The position numbers and the translations under genes are program-made. Under the pieces are notes generated by a model. The model was not told the DNA's origin and did not search any database. It saw only the letters and a list, made by a program, of their open reading frames with translations. Shown piece after piece: positions 56,425-64,000 of a stretch of 64,000 nucleotides of DNA; the stretch's first letter is position 1, and each line of letters begins with the position of its first letter. The stretch is from an uncultured Nitrospirales bacterium (GTDB taxonomy: Bacteria > UBA10199 > JADGCS01): assembly GCA_964609965.1 (NCBI GenBank), contig CAZSTS010000001.1, positions 3,191-67,190 on the forward strand. Direction: 5' to 3'.

Positions 56425-58272
56425 ATGAAAAAACAAAATATATTAAAAAAAGGGTTTATTTGTTTAATTGTGGCCATGGCATGTGTAGCCTTGATTCATT
56501 GCTCATCATCAGATTCAGGATCGAGCGGTGATACGACGCCAAATACTAATGAAGAAGTTCTCGCTCTCACAGCAACAACTCAATCTGTGTGGTATTATCT
56601 TGATTCGGATGGAGATGGAGAAGGAGAAATCGAAAACCAACGCGTGAAATATTATGATTCTAACAGCAATCTTTTAATGAAAACAATTGCTGATACTGAC
56701 GGAAATGTAGAATCTGAGAGAACGTATACCTATGATGCTAATGGCGACCTGCTTAGTATTTCAATTGATTCAGATAATGATGGTTCATACGATTCTATTT
56801 CAGAATATGAGTACAATGATAAATCACAATACATAGGGTTTACCTATAAATCTAAAGACGAAGAAGAAAAATTAGAGACAGTTTATACAAAAACATTTGA
56901 ACGCACTTACAATGATGATGGAAATCTTACAAAAATAGTAGAGAACAAAGACGGAGAATTACAATCAACCACAGACTTTGAGTACAGTAAGTCTGGTGAT
57001 TATTACGGTGTATTTGTAAAAGCTTATTCTTCAACAAATATGATTACTGAGGTAAACTTCTTTCTTTTTGATAGTACAGATGATTACCAGAGCTGTCTAT
57101 TTACAAGTGCCATTGAAGCAATTTGTGATCTTAGAATAGCTTACCACGTTACTTCAGAAATAATATATTATGATGCCAGAACATATGATAGTTACAAAAA
57201 CGAAACGCAAACTCTGTCCTATTATGATGAAACCCCTGAATCAATGGTGCCTTCATTAGATCTTTCCCTTGATAGCTTGTTAGCCTTGTTTACTAATTAT
57301 ACTTCATTCCCAGTAAAAGGTGAGGTCACAACAACGTATACGTACGAAGAAGATTCAGATAAAATACTAAAAAAGAATGTCAATACAGTTTTTACTACTA
57401 CTTATAGTGATGGAGTTGATACAGCACTTGATTCAGAAGATGGAGATAGTACTGATGCAGATGAAACAAGTGCAAGCGTGCAGACTCAAATCGAGATCTA
57501 TTGGTACCTTATTTATGATATAGTAAATGATGCCTATTTTGTTCTAGCAGATGAAGACGGTAACAATATTTCTGATGAAGTAGATGCAATTTTAGCAGGA
57601 GGTGTAGAAGGAATTGCAGGGAGTGCAGAAGAAACTTGTGATGGCAAGGACAATGATGGTGATGAAGAGATTGATGAAGGCGTCATGACGACTTATTACG
57701 ATGATGATGACCATGATGGCTATGGAGACCCTGCTGTGACTTCTGAGGCCTGTAGCAAACCCACTGGTTATGTAGAGAATGCCTTAGATTGTGATGATAC
57801 AGATAGAGAAGTGACAACTGCAGAGGAAACAATATGGTATTTGGATGATGATGGTGATGGTGAAGGAGATGAAACGAGTACTAAAACTGGTTGTGAAGCA
57901 CCTGAAGGTTATGTAGATAATGCTGATGATTGCGATGATACTAACCCAAATGTTTATAAAGATAATGAAGAAGTCTGTGATGGTATAGATAACGACTGTG
58001 ATGATAGAATAGATGAATATTTTACTGAAAGAACCTACTATGCGGATTCAGATGAAGATGGGTATGGGGATCCAGCTTCAACTATTGACTATTGTGAACA
58101 ACCAGATGGCTATGTGACGGATAATACAGATTGCGATGATGATAATGCAAACATTCATCCTGGACATGGAGAAGTTTGTGCTGATGGTGTAGACAGTAAT
58201 TGTGAAGATGGCGATACCGAAACATTCTCAGATGGTGAGTGCACAATGAGATATGCACCTTTTGGGATATAG
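56425..58272 (+). CDS. Lipoprotein with C-terminal MopE-type Cys/Asp-rich 'putative metal-binding' repeats
   Basis: Lipobox VALIHCSSSD. Repeats ...YYDDDDHDGYGDPA...CDGxDNDCD... x4. Confidence 0.7.
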   Translation: MKKQNILKKGFICLIVAMACVALIHCSSSDSGSSGDTTPNTNEEVLALTATTQSVWYYLDSDGDGEGEIENQRVKYYDSNSNLLMKTIADTDGNVESERTYTYDANGDLLSISIDSDNDGSYDSISEYEYNDKSQYIGFTYKSKDEEEKLETVYTKTFERTYNDDGNLTKIVENKDGELQSTTDFEYSKSGDYYGVFVKAYSSTNMITEVNFFLFDSTDDYQSCLFTSAIEAICDLRIAYHVTSEIIYYDARTYDSYKNETQTLSYYDETPESMVPSLDLSLDSLLALFTNYTSFPVKGEVTTTYTYEEDSDKILKKNVNTVFTTTYSDGVDTALDSEDGDSTDADETSASVQTQIEIYWYLIYDIVNDAYFVLADEDGNNISDEVDAILAGGVEGIAGSAEETCDGKDNDGDEEIDEGVMTTYYDDDDHDGYGDPAVTSEACSKPTGYVENALDCDDTDREVTTAEETIWYLDDDGDGEGDETSTKTGCEAPEGYVDNADDCDDTNPNVYKDNEEVCDGIDNDCDDRIDEYFTERTYYADSDEDGYGDPASTIDYCEQPDGYVTDNTDCDDDNANIHPGHGEVCADGVDSNCEDGDTETFSDGECTMRYAPFGI

Positions 58273-58290
58273 TTTTTTGAATGAGTGCTA

Positions 58291-58362
58291 AAGTAGGGGC
58301 GTCCCTTGTGGGCGCCCGTATTATATTAAGTATTCGGGTAGGCACTAGGCCTACCCCTACGA
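58291..58362. terminator. GC-rich nested palindromes (GTAGGGGCG...CGCCC; GGTAGGC..GCCTACC; ..CCCCTACgaaaat) between convergent genes
   Basis: Shares GTAGGGGC / CCCCTACGAAA words with the hairpins at 16012 and 21746. Confidence 0.5.
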
Positions 58363-58393
58363 AAATATAGATAGTTAACAGGACTAGTTCCTA

Positions 58394-58693
58394 TTAATTC
58401 ATATCTTTAATTTTTTTCTTTTGAACAAGAAGGGCCTTGATTCGATCAAGGATGACGATGAGGTTAACTGCTCTGATTGAGCCTTTTTTATTGGGAAGTT
58501 TGATTCGGGTCACTGCATCTTGATTTTTCTTTAGGCTCGATAATATTGCCTGACATTGCCTCTTTGTAATCCTATTTTTGGTTTTAGTTTTTTTCTTTTG
58601 ATCTTTTTGATTGGCAATATTCGCCCCTAAAAGTCTAGATTTTACAAATAAACGGGCCTCAGAAGGGGGCATTAATTTAGGGTCAAGTGTCAT
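58394..58693 (-). CDS. Small very basic protein (99 aa, K/R-rich), hypothetical
   Basis: ORF with KKKTKTKNRITKRQ. No motif recognised. Confidence 0.4.
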   Translation of the reverse strand: MTLDPKLMPPSEARLFVKSRLLGANIANQKDQKKKTKTKNRITKRQCQAILSSLKKNQDAVTRIKLPNKKGSIRAVNLIVILDRIKALLVQKKKIKDMN

Positions 58694-58747
58694 AACTCTG
58701 TAATATCCTTATATAATCATATTATCGGTCAAAAATTCGATAAGTTG

Positions 58748-59692
58748 CTAATAATTTAGATCAAAAGGACAGATTCCATTATACGCCTCACAAACACCAT
58801 TATTGCAAGAATAACCCACACAGCAAAAATTCACACCATCGCCACAAGCTCCGCCTGTCATATTGCAGGCTGATGATGAACAAACACCTGGGGACACGGT
58901 TCCTGTACAATTACAATTTGAGCTTCCTTTCATAATTATGCAGTTTCTGGTCGAAACACAGGTGACTGAGCATTCCCCAGAATAAGTACAAGCTGTCCCT
59001 GTGATCTCCACTGTTTCTTCAGCTTCTTCGGATTCGTTTGTGGTGGAAACTGTTTGTGGTATTGTGACAGAATTGCCCACAATGACTTCAGAAGAGTCTA
59101 TGTCGGCTAGGTTTTGATCATTGCTGATTGCCATGTCAAAAAGATCAAGAGGATCATAAGCATTAGGAGTGGCAACCGGGGTGATATTGAGATCAAAGCC
59201 AATGGAATCGCTTTCTTCATCAAGTGAGGCGGAAATACCTATCCATACCTGCCACGCCCCTTGGTCAGAATCAACGTCTTCAGATTGCGCGCAGAGAAAA
59301 GCCGTTGGCTCACATTCTTCGTCTTTTGGGCACACGCTCATGCAAAATGTAGGCTGGTTTGAGTGAGGGTTTTCCCACTCAATAAACAATGGTGTGATTT
59401 CAGATGGATCAGAAATCGTTAAGGATGAAGGTTGATTGGTGATTATAGGTATTGCTTCCAAATCACTAGCCGCTGGAAGAGGCTCTGTATAGGGAACGAG
59501 CTCTATTTCTTCTCCATCTTCTGCGTAAAGAATGATGTTATCTAAAAAGCAGGTAAGATCATCCGAAGAGCAGGTGTCTTCTGATGTAGAAGGAAAAATA
59601 AAATTTTCGATGGAATCAGGTATAAGGGCTGAACAGGATAAATGGCAGACTAAAAAAAATCCTAAAATAAATGATGTAATAAACTTTTTCAT
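58748..59692 (-). CDS. Secreted Cys-rich protein, hypothetical
   Basis: Signal peptide. C-terminal Cys cluster CSVTCVSTRNCIIMKGSSNCNCTG.... Confidence 0.55.
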   Translation of the reverse strand: MKKFITSFILGFFLVCHLSCSALIPDSIENFIFPSTSEDTCSSDDLTCFLDNIILYAEDGEEIELVPYTEPLPAASDLEAIPIITNQPSSLTISDPSEITPLFIEWENPHSNQPTFCMSVCPKDEECEPTAFLCAQSEDVDSDQGAWQVWIGISASLDEESDSIGFDLNITPVATPNAYDPLDLFDMAISNDQNLADIDSSEVIVGNSVTIPQTVSTTNESEEAEETVEITGTACTYSGECSVTCVSTRNCIIMKGSSNCNCTGTVSPGVCSSSACNMTGGACGDGVNFCCVGYSCNNGVCEAYNGICPFDLNY

Positions 59693-59772
59693 GAACTGAT
59701 TTCAGCGATTTAAGAAGAAATGAAGGGGAAAGCAATGAATAAGTTAATAGGAATAGTTAACAGGAATAGTTT

Positions 59773-62019
59773 TTACTGCACGACGCCGCCAATGACTGAA
59801 GGATCATCAACAGAAGGTTTAGTTCCTATATCAGGTTCAGTGTATTGATTTTCTGGTGTGGTAAGATCTGTTGGCAGAGCCAGGCTGGAACAAGAAGAGG
59901 AGTCCAAAGATGTCATGTATTCTTCAACAACCATGGCCTTTGTATAATATGTGGTTCCATTACAACTGATTTCAGTGCCATTGGGGATCGCAAAGAGAGA
60001 AGACCAATGCTCAAAATTTGAACTTGTATCTTCATTTAACTCATAGGGAATACCCCAAAGTTCACCTACGCCTGCATATTCTAGATAATATGTTCCGTAC
60101 GTTGAATGTGTGTATGTACAAACAAGTGGTTCATCAAATTCCACAACATCTCCGTTGCTGTCTATGAGTGCCGTATATTTATTCCAGGATTCAGGTCCTG
60201 TCTCCCATTGGTATGTGATTTCAGCATCCCAAACATCCCAAGAATCTTCTAAGGCACTGGTGACTAAGTCTCCAGAAGCTAATCCCCAATAATAATAACT
60301 ACCACTATCAATCACGGCTCCAGAGGCAATTGTGACTTCATCTCCATTATAGGTTAACGAATAATCACTAGGGTCAAAAGTATATGTGTAGTAAATTTCA
60401 CTTCCATAAATAAAATCATACACTGTATCTAGAAATGGTGTTTCGTCATTAAGATCACTAGCGCTGAGGGCTCCCTTAGGGCATTGGTAATAACAGTAGA
60501 GGGTGAAAGGGCTGCTGTAATCATCAGGTGTAACAAGGGTCTCAATATCATATGTGATAGATGTTGCATCAGAAAGGCCTTCATAAGGCACAATAACAGT
60601 GACCGAACCGAAACTTTGTTTCCAAAGACTAATCCATTCATCAGTGTAAAATATAAGAGGTGTTTCACTCATAGCTATTGTTGTACAACCATCATCTCCA
60701 CAAGATTCATAAGCAGTCGCTACAAAATCAGTTCCATTCCATTTCACCCAGTAGGAATCTCCAATATAGTCCCAGTACATGAATGTCTCATCCTTGATTG
60801 AAGCAAGTGTGCTGGTGCTCGATGTGATTTTGGTTAATCTACCACCTCCCACAAGGGTAGTGTAATTCTGATCAGTACCTGCTAAGGTCATCCCTGATGT
60901 GACTTCAGTATCATCTGAGAGCCAAATTCCATAGTAACTTGCATAACCATAAATATCTGTTCCTTGAGTAACAGAAAAGCCTCCATTGAGATCTACTTTT
61001 GCTCCATCAGAGTCATAAAGATTGTATTGCCAGACTGAGGAAGTATAATTTTGTCGATCAAGACAGTTATTAGAAGTTTTTGTATCTGAACCATCAACAG
61101 AATCAACTTTTGAGCGATAATAGTTGCTATCAAAAGCCACATAACTTGTCCGTACAAAATCAGCTGCTGTCTCGTAAGAATATGCCTTGCCTGAGTCAGC
61201 TGATGGATTCAACAGAGCATTGACGGTTTGATAGCTTGGTTCAGTCATATAAGGATTTGAGAGTGTCATTTGTAAAGTTGTTTCGCCAGAATCATTAGTT
61301 GTAGCAACAATAAATCCTGTAAGGGCAGCAAGGCCATTACTATCATAGCCTGCTAAATCCATATGAAAGGAACCTAGAGGATTGTCATCGCTGGCCTCTT
61401 CTGTGATAGTCATTTTAGCTTTGATTTCATCAAGATCAGAGGTGGGGTCCTCAGAGCCATGGGTTGTTGTTGATGTGTTTTCAACCCAGATATTAATAAC
61501 TTGATCTGCTGTGTCAGAGGCTCTTGTGCTATTCAGGATCCATCTTTCATAATTAATAGGTTTACCTGTTGATTGGTTTGTTGAGCTTGAGGCCTGGCTG
61601 CTATTGCGATCGCATACATCGTAATTAATAAGAGCAGCATAAGCGCCTTCATTGATCATGCTATCAGATCGCGCTTGTTTGAGTGAGCATAAAATTATGT
61701 TCATTGTATCTAAAGCCTGCATTGACTCTTCATAGACATAATATTCTGTTTCATCTGTTAAATATTCTCCGGCAGTAGGGACTGCAAATTTTGAAATATT
61801 ACCTAGAAAACTATTCGTACTGGCAGATGCAATTGTTTCTTGAGGTGTAATATACGAAACTTGTTCTGGAATGGTTAAGGCATTAATTCCACTTGGTGTG
61901 TCTAAAGGAATGGAAGCTGTTGGAGCGTTATTTCCACAAGCACCAGCACCAAAACAGATAAATAGACAGATAATGAAGAGGTTATTTAAACTGAACCTCA
62001 TTATATAGTCCCCTCTCAA
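59773..62019 (-). CDS. Large secreted/lipoprotein, hypothetical (748 aa)
   Basis: Signal/lipobox ICFGAGACGNN. Ser/Thr/Tyr-rich and beta-rich. Confidence 0.55.
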   Translation of the reverse strand: MRGDYIMRFSLNNLFIICLFICFGAGACGNNAPTASIPLDTPSGINALTIPEQVSYITPQETIASASTNSFLGNISKFAVPTAGEYLTDETEYYVYEESMQALDTMNIILCSLKQARSDSMINEGAYAALINYDVCDRNSSQASSSTNQSTGKPINYERWILNSTRASDTADQVINIWVENTSTTTHGSEDPTSDLDEIKAKMTITEEASDDNPLGSFHMDLAGYDSNGLAALTGFIVATTNDSGETTLQMTLSNPYMTEPSYQTVNALLNPSADSGKAYSYETAADFVRTSYVAFDSNYYRSKVDSVDGSDTKTSNNCLDRQNYTSSVWQYNLYDSDGAKVDLNGGFSVTQGTDIYGYASYYGIWLSDDTEVTSGMTLAGTDQNYTTLVGGGRLTKITSSTSTLASIKDETFMYWDYIGDSYWVKWNGTDFVATAYESCGDDGCTTIAMSETPLIFYTDEWISLWKQSFGSVTVIVPYEGLSDATSITYDIETLVTPDDYSSPFTLYCYYQCPKGALSASDLNDETPFLDTVYDFIYGSEIYYTYTFDPSDYSLTYNGDEVTIASGAVIDSGSYYYWGLASGDLVTSALEDSWDVWDAEITYQWETGPESWNKYTALIDSNGDVVEFDEPLVCTYTHSTYGTYYLEYAGVGELWGIPYELNEDTSSNFEHWSSLFAIPNGTEISCNGTTYYTKAMVVEEYMTSLDSSSCSSLALPTDLTTPENQYTEPDIGTKPSVDDPSVIGGVVQ

Positions 62020-62315
62020 AAATTCCGACTCTTCTAATTCTAACGCAATATGTTTTCATGTGGGTTCATCTACAACACCATGAATTCCATATTCCCCTAA
62101 GATATTGAAGCAATATGCATGCCAGAATCTGCAAATAAAAAGGGCAGAAAATACGGAATGTTACTGAATTATTCAATACTTAGAGGCAAAACTTGCCTAT
62201 AAAATACAGATATTAACTGTAAAATTCCTAATAAAGTGTACTTGGATAGGAATGAGGAAACTTCATAATAACGTCATACTTGCTTGTCCTTTATCTTCTT
62301 GATAACGGCGTGCGT

Positions 62316-63329
62316 ATGAAAACCACTGAAGCCATAAAACTTTTATCAAATAAACAAAGTCTAAAAACCTCTGAAATCCAATTGGTTTTTGATGATATCT
62401 TTATGGGTAAGGTTGTTGATGATGATGTAAGACGTTTTTTGGTTTTATTGCATGAAAAGGGTGAGTCATTTGAAGAAATCCTTGGAGCTGTCAAATATCT
62501 CAGAGCCAAGGGCAAAAGCCTTTCTTGTTCCTGTCCAAACCTAATTGATTGTTGTGGTACTGGTGGGGATCAGAAAAACACATTTAATATTTCTACAGCA
62601 GTATCCTTTGTTTTGGCAGGAGCAGGTTGCACTGTTGCCAAACACGGAAATCGCGCTATGAGTTCACAGTCAGGGTCTGCTGATATCCTCACAGAATTAG
62701 GTGTGGGTATTCAGTCAGATACCTCAGTCGACAAAAAATGCCTTGAGGAGCTTGGTATAGGATTTCTTTTCGCCCCTGATTATTATCCACTCATGAAGAA
62801 AGTGGCTTCAATTCGAAAGTCCATTCCACACAGAACGATCTTTAATATTTTGGGCCCACTTTTGAATCCAGCTGGGGCAAAAAAACAACTCATTGGTGTT
62901 TTTGATACGACTTTTGCACCGGTCATGGCTAGAGTTCTTCAGGAAACAGGGAGTGAATCAGCTGTTGTTGTGACAGCCAAGGATGGCACTGATGAGTTCA
63001 GTCTTGTTTGCGATAATGATGTGGTTCAACTAGCGGGTAATGAAATCAAAGAGTTTTCCTTTGATCCTCGTGAATCTGGGTATCCTTATTGCACTGTCGA
63101 AGATCTTAAGGGTGGTACTGCCAAAGAAAATGCAGATAGACTGAAAAAATGCCTAAAAGGTCATTCCATGCCGCTTGATCATGTTGTTCACATCAATTCT
63201 GCATGGGGACTGATTGCGGCTGGAAAAGCAGATAGTTTATTAGAAGGACTTCTCATGGCCCAGGAATCTATCTCGAGTGGCAGGGCGTATCAGAAGTTAG
63301 AGGGATTGATTGAGATGACAAAAGGTTGA
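62316..63329 (+). CDS. trpD: Anthranilate phosphoribosyltransferase
   Basis: CGTGGDQKNTFNIST and AKHGNRA motifs. Start taken at MKTTEAIKLL. The ORF-track start is 62280. Confidence 0.85.
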   Translation: MKTTEAIKLLSNKQSLKTSEIQLVFDDIFMGKVVDDDVRRFLVLLHEKGESFEEILGAVKYLRAKGKSLSCSCPNLIDCCGTGGDQKNTFNISTAVSFVLAGAGCTVAKHGNRAMSSQSGSADILTELGVGIQSDTSVDKKCLEELGIGFLFAPDYYPLMKKVASIRKSIPHRTIFNILGPLLNPAGAKKQLIGVFDTTFAPVMARVLQETGSESAVVVTAKDGTDEFSLVCDNDVVQLAGNEIKEFSFDPRESGYPYCTVEDLKGGTAKENADRLKKCLKGHSMPLDHVVHINSAWGLIAAGKADSLLEGLLMAQESISSGRAYQKLEGLIEMTKG

Positions 63330-63373
63330 GCCTACGCGCCAACGAACCAATGCGCCTACGTAAGAGTTATAGG

Positions 63374-64000
63374 CTAAATTGATGAGGAATCTTTTTTAGA
63401 AAAGGTCATCAAGAGTAACCCAATTCCAATCCACACAACACCGCGTACTCTACGAATCAAAGAGAATATCACACCTACGGTTGCTCCTAAAGTGAGGAGT
63501 TTAAATAAGATATAATGGCTTCCTTCTGCAGCACCAATGGCTAACGGTATGAAGGAGAAGAGAAAGTTAACAAGTTGATTCATGGACTGAATCACAAAGG
63601 CAGTGATGAAATCAATGTGATAGCCTAAGACATAAAGAATAACTATCGCATCAAGGGCGTTGATTATTCTTGCTAGGAAGTGAAAGAAAAAACACAAGGC
63701 GAAATTTGTTTTATTCTTCTTATAGAGATTTAAAATTAACTGGTCGATTTCTTCTGCATGGCTCAATTTATCTTCGATGTTTTTGATGGGGATTCTAAAA
63801 AACATGAGCAGGGATAAGAGTTTTCGGACCAGGCCTTTTTTTTGAAGAAATATCACCAAAAACAATAACAGGATAACGATCAATATAGAAGCACCCGCTA
63901 TGATTTTAACTGACAGAGGCATTTCGATAATGAAAAGAGATAATAAAAATCCAATGGCAATGAATTGAATGCTGGTGAGGTGCTTGATTGTGTTATCAAC
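63374..64000 (-). CDS. Multi-TM membrane protein (lysylphosphatidylglycerol-synthase TM-region-like / flippase-like), probably partial; frame open to window end
   Basis: Hydrophobic helices. The minus-strand reading frame upstream of Met 63922 has no stop before 64000. Confidence 0.5.
   Translation of the reverse strand, partial: VDNTIKHLTSIQFIAIGFLLSLFIIEMPLSVKIIAGASILIVILLLFLVIFLQKKGLVRKLLSLLMFFRIPIKNIEDKLSHAEEIDQLILNLYKKNKTNFALCFFFHFLARIINALDAIVILYVLGYHIDFITAFVIQSMNQLVNFLFSFIPLAIGAAEGSHYILFKLLTLGATVGVIFSLIRRVRGVVWIGIGLLLMTFSKKDSSSI

Noticed and set aside
1-64000. tRNA / rRNA / tmRNA / SRP RNA genes
   Set aside because: No T-arm-like GGTTCGAATCC motifs or rRNA-like conserved stretches were seen in any intergenic region. 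Intergenic regions are instead filled with word repeats and hairpins.

Overview
The window is low-GC (~40%) bacterial chromosome, mostly densely packed housekeeping genes. Many lipoproteins and secreted Cys-rich proteins, a TIGR02147-like protein, a MopE-type Cys/Asp-repeat lipoprotein, PEGA-domain Hanks kinases and sigma-54 signalling suggest a Bdellovibrio-and-like predatory deltaproteobacterium (Bacteriovorax/Halobacteriovorax-like); this attribution is inference only. Core content: a NuoEF-fusion plus NuoG-like N-terminal Fe-S subunit (NAD-linked diaphorase module), pfkA, an OmpA-family protein, rlmB-like, ffh, folD-gcvT-gcvH-gcvPA-gcvPB, purM-purN, a SurA-like PPIase, rplI, dnaB, a cysteine desulfurase, a DnaJ-domain protein, trpE-trpG-ispD, dnaK, an ABC-F ATPase and trpD (separated from the other trp genes). 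Three accessory stretches stand out. (1) 37.7-42.8 kb: an atypical soluble Ser/Thr kinase gene sits between ~88-bp direct repeats derived from the 3' end of a small Cys-rich gene, followed by an orphan 1077-aa acidic protein. (2) 45.1-49.9 kb: an operon of a tail-anchored protein, a PEGA-domain Ser/Thr kinase and an FHA-domain sigma-54 activator. (3) 50.0-54.3 kb: an islet with an unknown 197-aa protein plus a macro-domain protein with a hydrophobic N-terminal extension (candidate new ADP-ribose-based toxin/immunity or defence pair), then ParE/RelE-RHH and BrnT/BrnA toxin-antitoxin modules, a HAD hydrolase, a duplicated ~150-bp intergenic element carrying sigma-54-type -24/-12 promoters, and a duplicated brnA 3' remnant. 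Good sigma-54 promoter matches also occur at 3018-3034 and 56395-56411. Intergenic regions carry an unusual set of degenerate short-word repeats (GATGAGT-, TAGGAGC-, CGTAACC-based), a shared GC-rich palindromic terminator family (GTAGGGGCAC...GTGCCCCTAC) and a five-hairpin cluster at 21.75-21.89 kb. No tRNA, rRNA, CRISPR array, integrase or transposase was found.
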